In this document: piece by piece, positions 1-13,200 of the stretch
Position numbering within the stretch: position 1 is the first letter of the stretch
How the letters are laid out: every line of letters starts with the position of its first letter
Origin: the human T2T-CHM13v2.0 reference genome, Homo sapiens
Length of the DNA: 64,000 nt
Reading direction: 5' to 3' (one strand)
Assembly (NCBI RefSeq): GCF_009914755.1
Contig: NC_060925.1
The notes under the pieces: generated by a model
The model's input: only the letters and a program-made list of their open reading frames with translations
What the model was told of the DNA's origin: nothing
The model's database searches: none
Made by a program: the position numbers and the translations under genes

Positions 1-1181
1 ATGGAATCAAATGGAATCATTGAACGGAATTGAATGGAATCGTCATCGAATGAATTGACTGCAATCATCGAATGGTCTCGAATGGAATCATCTTCAAATG
101 GAATGGAATGGAATCATCGCATAGAATCGAATGGAATTATCATCGAATGGAATCGAATGGAATCAACATCAAACGGAAAAAAACGGAATTATCGAATGGA
201 ATCGAAGAGAATCATCGAATGGACCCGAATGGAATCATCTAATGGAATGGAATGGAATAATCCATGGACTCGAATGCAATCATCATCGAATGGAATCGAA
301 TGGAATCATCGAATGGACTCGAATGGAATAATCATTGAACGGAATCGAATGGAATCATCATCGGATGGAAATGAATGGAATCATCATCGAATGGAATCGA
401 ATAGAATTATGGAATGAAATCCAGTGTGATCATCATCGAATGGACCCGAATGGAATCATCATCCAACGGAAGCTAATGGAATCAACATCGAATGAATCGA
501 ATGGAAACACCATCGAATTGAAACGAATGGAATTATCATGAAATTGAAATGGATGGACTCATCATCGAATGGATTCGAATGGAATCATCGAATAAAATTG
601 ATTGAAATCATCATCGAATGGAATCGAATGGTATCATTGAATGGAATCGAATGGAATCATCATCAGATGGAAATGAATGGAATCGTCATAGAATGGAATC
701 GAATGGATTCATTGAATGGAATCAGATGGAATCATCGAATGGACTGGAATGGAATCATTGAATGGACTCGAAAGGGATCATTATTGAATGGAATTGAATG
801 GAATCATCGAATGGTCTCGATTGGAATCATTATCAAATGGAATCGAATGGAATCACCGAATAGAATCGAATGGAACAATCATCGAATGGACTCAAATGGA
901 ATTATCCTCCAATGGAATCGAATGGAATTATCGAATGCAATCGAATGGAATTATCGAATGCAATCGAATAGAATCATCGAATGGACTCGAATGGAATCAT
1001 CGAATGGAATGGAATGGAACAGTCAATGAACTCGAATGGAATCATCATTGAATGGAATCGAATGGAATCATCGAGTGGAATCGAATGGAATTATGATCAA
1101 ATGGAATCGAATGTAATCATCATCAAATGGAATCAAAAATAACCATCATCAATTGGTATTGAATGGAATTGTCATCAAATG

Positions 1182-2909
1182 GAATTCAAAGGAATCATCA
1201 TCAAATGGAACCGAATGGAATCCTCATTGAATGGAAATGAAAGGGGTCATCATCTAATGGAATCGCATGGAATCATCATCAAATGGAATCGAATGGAATC
1301 ATCATCAAATGGAATCTAATGGAATCATTGAACAGAATTGAATGGAATCGTCATCGAATGAATTGAATGCAATCATCGAATGGTCTCGAATGGAATCATC
1401 TTCTAATGGAAAGGAATGGAATCATCGCATAGAATCGAATGGAATTATCATCGAATGGAATCGAATGGTATCAACACCAAACGGAAAAAAACGGAATTAT
1501 CGAATGGAATCGAAGAGAATCTTCGAACGGACCCGAATGGAATCATCTAATGGAATGGAATGGAATAATCCATGGACTCGAATGCAATCATCATCGAATG
1601 GAATGGAATGGAATCATCGAATGGACTCGAATGGAATAATCATTGAACGGAATCGAATGGAATCATCATCGGATGGAAACGAATGGAATCATCATCGAAT
1701 GGAAATGAAAGGAGTCATCATCTAATGGAATTGCATGGAATCATCATAAAATGGAATCGAATGGAATCAACATCAAATGGAATCAAATGGAATCATTGAA
1801 CGGAATTGAATGGAATCGTCATCGAATGAATTGACTGCAATCATCGAATGGTCTCGAATGGAATCATCTTCAAATGGAATGGAATGGAATCATCGCATAG
1901 AATCGAATGGAATTATCATCGAATGGAATCGAATGGAATCAACATCAAACGGAAAAAAACGGAATTATCGAATGGAATCGAAGAGAATCATCGAATGGAC
2001 CCGAATGGAATCATCTAATGGAATGGAATGGAATAATCCATGGACTCGAATGCAATCATCATCGAATGGAATCGAATGGAATCATCGAATGGACTCGAAT
2101 GGAATAATCATTGAACGGAATCGAATGGAATCATCATCGGATGGAAATGAATGGAATCATCATCGAATGGAATCGAATAGAATTATGGAATGAAATCCAG
2201 TGTGATCATCATCGAATGGACCCGAATGGAATCATCATCCAACGGAAGCTAATGGAATCAACATCGAATGAATCGAATGGAAACACCATCGAATTGAAAC
2301 GAATGGAATTATCATGAAATTGAAATGGATGGACTCATCATCGAATGGATTCGAATCGAATCATCGAATAAAATTGATTGAAATCATCATCCAATGGAAT
2401 CGAATGGTATCATTGAATGGAATCGAATGGAATCATCATCAGATGGAAATGAATGGAATCGTCATAGAATGGAATCGAATGGATTCATTGAATGGAATCA
2501 GATGGAATCATCGAATGGACTGGAATGGAATCATTGAATGGACTCGAAAGGGATCATGATTGAATGGAATTGAATGGAATCATCGAATGGTCTCGATTGG
2601 AATCATTATCAAATGGAATCGAATGGAATCACCGAATAGAATCGAATGGAACAATCATCGAATGGACTCAAATGGAATTATCCTCAAATAGAATCGAATG
2701 GAATTATCGAATGCAATCGAATGGAATTATCGAATGCAATCGAATAGAATCATCGAATGGACTCGAATGGAATCATCGAATGGAATGGAATGGAATCATC
2801 GAGTGGAATCGAATGGAATTATGATCAAATGGAATCGAATGTAATCATCATCAAATGGAATCAAAAATAACCATCATCAATTGGTATTGAATGGAATTGT
2901 CATCAAATG
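1182..2909 (+). repeat. 1,728-bp variant unit (48-bp deletion at 2795/2796)
   Basis: CAGTCAATGAACTCGAATGGAATCATCATTGAATGGAATCGAATGGAA is missing after 2795; ORF spacing 1342 to 3070 = 1728. Confidence 0.93.
1230..2165 (+). repeat. Internal tandem 468-bp subunit pair (B then A) of the 1,776-bp unit; representative copy
   Basis: GAAATGAAAGGGGTCATC at 1234 vs GAAATGAAAGGAGTCATC at 1702; ORFs 1342 and 1810 are near identical and 468 apart. Diagnostic B/A differences include GAATGC/GACTGC, TTCTAAT/TTCAAAT, GGAAAGG/GGAATGG, GGTATCAACACC/GGAATCAACATC, CTTCGAACGG/CATCGAATGG. Unit = 2x468 + 840. Confidence 0.95.
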
Positions 2910-4266
2910 GAATTCAAAGGAATCATCATCAAATGGAACCGAATGGAATCCTCACTGAATGGAAATGAAAGGGGTCATCATCTAATGGAATCGCATGGAA
3001 TCATCATCAAATGGAATCGAATGGAATCATCATCAAATGGAATCTAATGGAATCATTGAACAGAATTGAATGGAATCGTCATCGAATGAATTGAATGCAA
3101 TCATCGAATGGTCTCGAATGGAATCATCTTCTAATGGAAAGGAATGGAATCATCGCATAGAATCGAATGGAATTATCATCGAATGGAATCGAATGGTATC
3201 AACACCAAACGGAAAAAAACGGAATTATCGAATGGAATCGAAGAGAATCTTCGAAAGGACCCGAATGGAATCATCTAATGGAATGGAATGGAATAATCCA
3301 TGGACTCGAATGCAATCATCATCGAATGGAATGGAATGGAATCATCGAATGGACTCGAATGGAATAATCATTGAACGGAATCGAATGGAATCATCATCGG
3401 ATGGAAACGAATGGAATCATCATCGAATGGAAATGAAAGGAGTCATCATCTAATGGAATTGCATGGAATCATCATAAAATGGAATCGAATGGAATCAACA
3501 TCAAATGGAATCAAATGGAATCATTGAACGGAATTGAATGGAATCGTCATCGAATGAATTGACTGCAATCATCGAATGGTCTCGAATGGAATCATCTTCA
3601 AATGGAATGGAATGGAATCATCGCATAGAATCGAATGGAATTATCATCGAATGGAATCGAATGGAATCAACATCAAACGGAAAAAAACGGAATTATCGAA
3701 TGGAATCGAAGAGAATCATCGAATGGACCCGAATGGAATCATCTAATGGAATGGAATGGAATAATCCATGGACTCGAATGCAATCATCATCGAATGGAAT
3801 CGAATGGAATCATCGAATGGACTCGAATGGAATAATCATTGAACGGAATCGAATGGAATCATCATCGGATGGAAATGAATGGAATCATCATCGAATGGAA
3901 TCGAATAGAATTATGGAATGAAATCCAGTGTGATCATCATCGAATGGACCCGAATGGAATCATCATCCAACGGAAGCTAATGGAATCAACATCGAATGAA
4001 TCGAATGGAAACACCATCGAATTGAAACGAATGGAATTATCATGAAATTGAAATGGATGGACTCATCATCGAATGGATTCGAATGGAATCATCGAATAAA
4101 ATTGATTGAAATCATCATCAAATGGAATCGAATGGTATCATTGAATGGAATCGAATGGAATCATCATCAGATGGAAATGAATGGAATCGTCATAGAATGG
4201 AATCGAATGGATTCATTGAATGGAATCAGATGGAATCATCGAATGGACTGGAATGGAATCATTGAA

Positions 4267-7200
4267 GGGACTCGAAAGGGATCATTATTGAATGGAATTG
4301 AATGGAATCATCGAATGGTCTCGATTGGAATCATTATCAAATGGAATCGAATGGAATCACCGAACAGAATCGAATGGAACAATCATCGAATGGACTCAAA
4401 TGGAATTATCCTCCAATGGAATCGAATGGAATTATCGAATGCAATCGAATGGAATTATCGAATGCAATCGAATAGAATCATCGAATGGACTCGAATGGAA
4501 TCATCGAATGGAATGGAATGGAACAGTCAATGAACTCGAATGGAATCATCATTGAATGGAATCGAATGGAATCATCGAGTGGAATCGAATGGAATTATGA
4601 TCAAATGGAATCGAATGTAATCATCATCAAATGGAATCAAAAATAGCCATCATCAATTGGTATTGAATGGAATTGTCATCAAATGGAATTCAAAGGAATC
4701 ATCATCAAATGGAACCGAATGGAATCCTCATTGAATGGAAATGAAAGGGGTCATCATCTAATGGAATCGCATGGAATCATCATCAAATGGAATCGAATGG
4801 AATCATCATCAAATGGAATCTAATGGAATCATTGAACAGAATTGAATGGAATCCTCATCGAATGAATTGAATGCAATCATCGAATGGTCTCGAATGGAAT
4901 CATCTTCTAATGGAAAGGAATGGAATCATCGCATAGAATCGAATGGAATTATCATCGAATGGAATTGAATGGTATCAACACCAAACGGAAAAAAACGGAA
5001 TTATCGAATGGAATCGAAGAGAATCTTCGAACGGACCCGAATGGAATCATCTAATGGAATGGAATGGAATAATCCATGGACTCGAATGCAATCATCATCG
5101 AATGGAATGGAATGGAATCATCGAATGGACTCGAATGGAATAATCATTGAACGGAAACGAATGGAATCATTATCAGATGGAAACGAATGGAATCATCATC
5201 GAATGGAAATGAAAGGAGTCATCATCTAATGGAATTGCATGGAATCATCATAAAATGGAATCGAATGGAATCAACATCAAATGGAATCAAATGGAATCAT
5301 TGAACGGAATTGAATGGAATCGTCATCGAATGAATTGACTGCAATCATCGAATGGTCTCGAATGGAATCATCTTCAAATGGAATGGAATGGAATCATCGC
5401 ATAGAATCGAATGGAATTATCATCGAATGGAATCGAATGGAATCAACATCAAACGGAAAAAAACAGAATTATCGTATGGAATCGAAGAGAATCATCGAAT
5501 GGACCCGAATGGAATCATCTAATGGAATGGAATGGAATAATCCATGGACTCGAATGCAATCATCATCGAATGGAATCGAATGGAATCATCGAATGGACTC
5601 GAATGGAATAATCATTGAACGGAATCGAATGGAATCATCATCGGATGGAAATGAATGGAATCATCATCGAATGGAATCGAATAGAATTATGGAATGAAAT
5701 CCAGTGTGATCATCATCGAATGGACCCGAATGGAATCATCATCCAACGGAAGCTAATGGAATCAACATCGAATGAATCGAATGGAAACACCATCGAATTG
5801 AAACGAATGGAATTATCTTGAAATTGAAATGGATGGACTCATCATCGAATGGATTCGAATGGAATCATCGAATAAAATTGATTGAAATCATCATCCAATG
5901 GAATCGAATGGTATCATTGAATGGAATCGAATGGAATCATCATCAGATGGAAATGAATGGAATCGTCATAGAATGGAATCGAATGGATTCATTGAATGGA
6001 ATCAGATGGAATCATCGAATGGACTGGAATGGAATCATTGAATGGACTCGAAAGGGATCATGATTGAATGGAATTGAATGGAATCATCGAATGGTCTCGA
6101 TTGGAATCATTATCAAATGGAATCGAATGGAATCACCGAATAGAATCGAATGGAACAATCATCGAATGGACTCAAATGGAATTATCCTCCAATGGAATCG
6201 AATGGAATTATCGAATGCAATCGAATGGAATTATCGAATGCAATCGAATAGAATCATCGAATGGACTCGAATGGAATCATCGAATGGAATGGAATGGAAC
6301 AGTCAATGAACTCGAATGGAATCATCATTGAATGGAATCGAATGGAATCATCGAGTGGAATCGAATGGAATTATGATCAAATGGAATCGAATGTAATCAT
6401 CATCAAATGGAATCAAAAATAACCATCATCAATTGGTATTGAATGGAATTGTCATCAAATGGAATTCAAAGGAATCATCATCAAATGGAACCGAATGGAA
6501 TCCTCATTGAATGGAAATGAAAGGGGTCATCATCTTATGGAATCGCATGGAATCATCATCAAATGGAATCGAATGGAATCATCATCAAATGGAATCTAAT
6601 GGAATCATTGAACAGAATTGAATGGAATCGTCATCGAATGAATTGAATGCAATCATCGAATGGTCTCGAATGGAATCATCTTCTAATGGAAAGGAATGGA
6701 ATCATCGCATAGAATCGAATGGAATTATCATCGAATGGAATCGAATGGTATCAACACCAAACGGAAAAAAACGGAATTATCGAATGGAATCGAAGAGAAT
6801 CTTCGAACGGACCCGAATGGAATCATCTAATGGAATGGAATGGAATAATCCATGGACTGGAATGCAATCATCATCGAATGGAATGGAATGGAATCATCGA
6901 ATGGACTCGAATGGAATAATCATTGAACGGAATCGAATGGAATCATCATCGGATGGAAACGAATGGAATCATCATCGAATGGAAATGAAAGGAGTCATCA
7001 TCTAATGGAATTGCATGGAATCATCATAAAATGGAATCGAATGGAATCAACATCAAATGGAATCTAATGGAATCATTGAACGGAATTGAATGGAATCGTC
7101 ATCGAATGAATTGACTGCAATCATCGAATGGTCTCGAATGGAATCATCTTCAAATGGAATGGAATGGAATCATCGCATAGAATCGAATGGAATTATCATC

Positions 7201-10200
7201 GAATGGAATCGAATGGAATCAACATCAAACGGAAAAAAACAGAATTATCGTATGGAATCGAAGAGAATCATCGAATGGACCCGAATGGAATCATCTAATG
7301 GAATGGAATGGAATAATCCATGGACTCGAATGCAATCATCATCGAATGGAATCGAATGGAATCATCGAATGGACTCGAATGGAATAATCATTGAACGGAA
7401 TCGAATGGAATCATCATCGGATGGAAATGAATGGAATCATCATCGAATGGAATCGAATAGAATTATGGAATGAAATCCAGTGTGATCATCATCGAATGGA
7501 CCCGAATGGAATCATCATCCAACGGAAGCTAATGGAATCAACATCGAATGAATCGAATGGAAACACCATCGAATTGAAACGAATGGAATTATCATGAAAT
7601 TGAAATGGATGGACTCATCATCGAATGGATTCGAATGGAATCATCGAATAAAATTGATTGAAATCATCATCCAATGGAATCGAATGGTATCATTGAATGG
7701 AATCGAATGGAATCATCATCAGATGGAAATGAAAGGAATCGTCATAGAATGGAATCGAATGGATTCATTGAATGGAATCAGATGGAATCATCGAATGGAC
7801 TGGAATGGAATCATTGAATGGACTCGAAAGGGATCATGATTGAATGGAATTGAATGGAATCATCGAATGGTCTCGATTGGAATCATTATCAAATGGAATC
7901 GAATGGAATCACCGAATAGAATCGAATGGAACAATCATCGAATGGACTCAAATGGAATTATCCTCAAATGGAATCGAATGGAATTATCGAATGCAATCGA
8001 ATGGAATTATCGAATGCAATCGAATAGAATCATCGAAAGGACTCGAATGCAATCATCGAATGGAATGGAATGGAACAGTCAATGAACTCGAATGGAATCA
8101 TCATTGAATGGAATCGAATGGAATCATCGAGTGGAATCGAATGGAATTATGATCAAATGGAATCGAATGTAATCATCATCAAATGGAATCAAAAATAACC
8201 ATCATCAATTGGTATTGAATGGAATTGTCATCAAATGGAATTCAAAGGAATCATCATCAAATGGAACCGAATGGAATCCTCATTGAATGGAAATGAAAGG
8301 GGTCATCATCTAATGGAATCGCATGGAATCATCATCAAATGGAATCGAATGGAATCATCATCAAATGGAATCTAATGGAATCATTGAACAGAATTGAATG
8401 GAATCGTCATCGAATGAATTGAATGCAATCATCGAATGGTCTCGAATGGAATCATCTTCTAATGGAAAGGAATGGAATCATCGCATAGAATCGAATGGAA
8501 TTATCATCGAATGGAATCGAATGGTATCAACACCAAACGGAAAAAAACGGAATTATCGAATGGAATCGAAGAGAATCTTCGAACGGACCCGAATGGAATC
8601 ATCTAATGGAATGGAATGGAATAATCCATGGACTCGAATGCAATCATCATCGAATGGAATGGAATGGAATCATCGAATGGACTCGAATGGAATAATCATT
8701 GAACGGAATCGAATGGAATCATCATCGGATGGAAACGAATGGAATCATCATCGAATGGAAATGAAAGGAGTCATCATCTAATGGAATTGCATGGAATCAT
8801 CATAAAATGGAATCGAATGGAATCAACATCAAATGGAATCAAATGGAATCATTGAACGGAATTGAATGGAATCGTCATAGAATGAATTGACTGCAATCAT
8901 CCAATGGTCTCGAATGGAATCATCTTCAAATGGAATGGAATGGAATCATCGCATAGAATCGAATGGAATTATCATCGAATGGAATCGAATGGAATCAACA
9001 TCAAACGGAAAAAAACGGAATTATCGAATGGAATCGAAGAGAATCATCGAATGGACCCGAATGGAATCATCTAATGGAATGGAATGGAATAATCCATGGA
9101 CTCGAATGCAATCATCATCGAATGGAATCGAATGGAATCATCGAATGGACTCGAATGGAATAATCATTGAACGGAATCGAATGGAATCATCATCGGATGG
9201 AAATGAATGGAATCATCATCGAATGGAATCGAATAGAATTATGGAATGAAATCCAGTGTGATCATCATCGAATGGACCCGAATGGAATCATCATCCAACG
9301 GAAGCTAATGGAATCAACATCGAATGAATCGAATGGAAACACCATCGAATTGAAACGAATGGAATTATCATGAAATTGAAATGGATGGACTCATCATCGA
9401 ATGGATTCGAATGGAATCATCGAATAAAATTGATTGAAATCATCATCGAATGGAATCGAATGGTATCATTGAATGGAATCGAATGGAATCATCATCAGAT
9501 GGAAATGAATGGAATCGTCATAGAATGGAATCGAATGGATTCATTGAATGGAATCAGATGGAATCATCGAATGGACTGGAATGGAATCATTGATGGGACT
9601 CGAAAGGGATCATTATTGAATGGAATTGAATGGAATCATCGAATGGTCTCGATTGGAATCATTATCAAATGGAATCGAATGGAATCACCGAATAGAATCG
9701 AATGGAACAATCATCGAATGGACTCAAATGGAATTATCCTCCAATGGAATCGAATGGAATTATCGAATGCAATCGAATGGAATTATCGAATGCAATCGAA
9801 TAGAATCATCGAATGGACTCGAATGGAATCATCGAATGGAATGGAATGGAACAGTCAATGAACTCGAATGGAATCATCATTGAATGGAATCGAATGGAAT
9901 CATCGAGTGGAATCGAATGGAATTATGATCAAATGGAATCGAATGTAATCATCATCAAATGGAATCAAAAATAACCATCATCAATTGGTATTGAATGGAA
10001 TTGTCATCAAATGGAATTCAAAGGAATCATCATCAAATGGAACCGAATGGAATCCTCATTGAATGGAAATGAAAGGGGTCATCATCTAATGGAATCGCAT
10101 GGAATCATCATCAAATGGAATCGAATGGAATCATCATCAAATGGAATCTAATGGAATCATTGAACAGAATTGAATGGAATCGTCATCGAATGAATTGAAT

Positions 10201-13200
10201 GCAATCATCGAATGGTCTCGAATGGAATCATCTTCTAATGGAAAGGAATGGAATCATCGCATAGAATCGAATGGAATTATCATCGAATGGAATCGAATGG
10301 TATCAACACCAAACGGAAAAAAACGGAATTATCGAATGGAATCGAAGAGAATCTTCGAACGGACCCGAATGGAATCATCTAATGGAATGGAATGGAATAA
10401 TCCATGGACTCGAATGCAATCATCATCGAATGGAATGGAATGGAATCATCGAATGGACTCGAATGGAATAATCATTGAACGGAATCGAATGGAATCATCA
10501 TCGGATGGAAACGAATGGAATCATCATCGAATGGAAATGAAAGGAGTCATCATCTAATGGAATTGCATGGAATCATCATAAAATGGAATCGAATGGAATC
10601 AACATCAAATGGAATCAAATGGAATCATTGAACGGAATTGAATGGAATCGTCATCGAATGAATTGACTGCAATCATCGAATGGTCTCGAATGGAATCATC
10701 TTCAAATGGAATGGAATGGAATCATCGCATAGAATCGAATGGAATTATCATCGAATGGAATCGAATGGAATCAACATCAAACGGAAAAAAACGGAATTAT
10801 CGAATGGAATCGAAGAGAATCATCGAATGGACCCGAATGGAATCATCTAATGGAATGGAATGGAATAATCCATGGACTCGAATGCAATCATCATCGAATG
10901 GAATCGAATGGAATCATCGAATGGACTCGAATGGAATAATCATTGAACGGAATCGAATGGAATCATCATCGGATGGAAATGAATGGAATCATCATCGAAT
11001 GGAATCGAATAGAATTATGGAATGAAATCCAGTGTGATCATCATCGAATGGACCCGAATGGAATCATCATCCAACGGAAGCTAATGGAATCAACATCGAA
11101 TGAATCGAATGGAAACACCATCGAATTGAAACGAATGGAATTATCATGAAATTGAAATGGATGGACTCATCATCGAATGGATTCGAATGGAATCATGGAA
11201 TAAAATTGATTGAAATCATCATCCAATGGAATCGAATGGTATCATTGAATGGAATCGAATGGAATCATCATCAGATGGAAATGAATGGAATCGTCATAGA
11301 ATGGAATCGAATGGATTCATTGAATGGAATCAGATGGAATCATCGAATGGACTGGAATGGAATCATTGAATGGACTCGAAAGGGATCATTATTGAATGGA
11401 ATTGAATGGAATCATCGAATGGTCTCGATTGGAATCATTATCAAATGGAATCGAATGGAATCACCGAATAGAATCGAATGGAACAATCATCGAATGGACT
11501 CAAATGGAATTATCCTCCAATGGAATCGAATGGAATTATCGAATGCAATCGAATGGAATTATCGAATGCAATCGAATAGAATCATCGAATGGACTCGAAT
11601 GGAATCATCGAATGGAATGGAATGGAACAGTCAATGAACTCGAATGGAATCATCATTGAATGGAATCGAATGGAATCATCGAGTGGAATCGAATGGAATT
11701 ATGATCAAATGGAATCGAATGTAATCATCATCAAATGGAATCAAAAATAACCATCATCAATTGGTATTGAATGGAATTGTCATCAAATGGAATTCAAAGG
11801 AATCATCATCAAATGGAACCGAATGGAATCCTCATTGAATGGAAATGAAAGGGGTCATCATCTAATGGAATCGCATGGAATCATCATCAAATGGAATCGA
11901 ATGGAATCATCATCAAATGGAATCTAATGGAATCATTGAACAGAATTGAATGGAATCGTCATCGAATGAATTGAATGCAATCATCGAATGGTCTCGAATG
12001 GAATCATCTTCTAATGGAAAGGAATGGAATCATCGCATAGAATCGAATGGAATTATCAGCGAATGGAATCGAATGGTATCAACACCAAACGGAAAAAAAC
12101 GGAATTATCGAATGGAATCGAAGAGAATCTTCGAACGGACCCGAATGGAATCATCTAATGGAATGGAATGGAATAATCCATGGACTCGAATGCAATCATC
12201 ATCGAATGGAATCGAATGGAATCATCGAATGGACTCGAATGGAATAATCATTGAACGGAATCGATTGGAATCATCATCGGATGGAAACGAATGGAATCAT
12301 CATCGAATGGAAATGAAAGGAGTCATCATCTAATGGAATTGCATGGAATCATCATAAAATGGAATCGAATGGAATCAACATCAAATGGAATCAAATGGAA
12401 TCATTGAACGGAATTGAATGGAATCGTCATCGAATGAATTGACTGCAATCATCGAATGGTCTCGAATGGAATCATCTTCAAATGGAAGGGAATGGAATCA
12501 TCGCATAGAATCGAATGGAATTATCATCGAATGGAATCGAATGGAATCAACATCAAACGGAAAAAAACAGAATTATCGTATGGAATCGAAGAGAATCATC
12601 GAATGGACCCGAATGGAATCATCTAATGGAATGGAATGGAATAATCCATGGACTCGAATGCAATCATCATCGAATGGAATCGAATGGAATCATCGAATGG
12701 ACTCGAATGGAATAATCATTGAACGGAATCGAATGGAATCATCATCGGATGGAAATGAATGGAATCATCATCGAATGGAATCGAATAGAATTATGGAATG
12801 AAATCCAGTGTGATCATCATCGAATGGACCCGAATGGAATCATCATCCAACGGAAGCTAATGGAATCAACATCGAATGAATCGAATGGAAACACCATCGA
12901 ATTGAAACGAATGGAATTATCATGAAATTGAAATGGATGGACTCATCATCGAATGGATTCGAATGGAATCATCGAATAAAATTGAATGAAATCATCATCG
13001 AATGGAATCGAATGGTATCATTGAATGGAATCGAATGGAATCATCATCAGATGGAAATGAATGGAATCGTCATAGAATGGAATCGAATGGATTCATTGAA
13101 TGGAATCAGAAGGAATCATCGAATGGACTGGAATGGAATCATTGAATGGACTCGAAAGGGATCATTATTGAATGGAATTGAATGGAATCATCGAATGGTC

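Noticed and set aside
171-190. AAACGGAAAAAAACGGAA as poly(A) tail, target-site duplication or terminator
   Set aside because: It is a degenerate pentamer run fixed in each subunit; the diverged copy at 61091 shows derivation from AAATGGAATCAAGCGG-like satellite sequence.
590-596. AATAAA polyadenylation signal once per unit
   Set aside because: Chance hexamer in A-rich satellite; no GU-rich downstream element or transcript evidence visible.
599-610. Imperfect palindrome TGATTGAAATCA as a homeodomain dimer site
   Set aside because: Half-site spacing is 4 rather than the 3 of DUX4-type sites; no other support.
1515-1530. Heat-shock element-like GAATCTTCGAA in B subunits
   Set aside because: Only two correctly phased nGAAn units; the third is out of phase. 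HSF1 stress bodies are mainly associated with HSat3.
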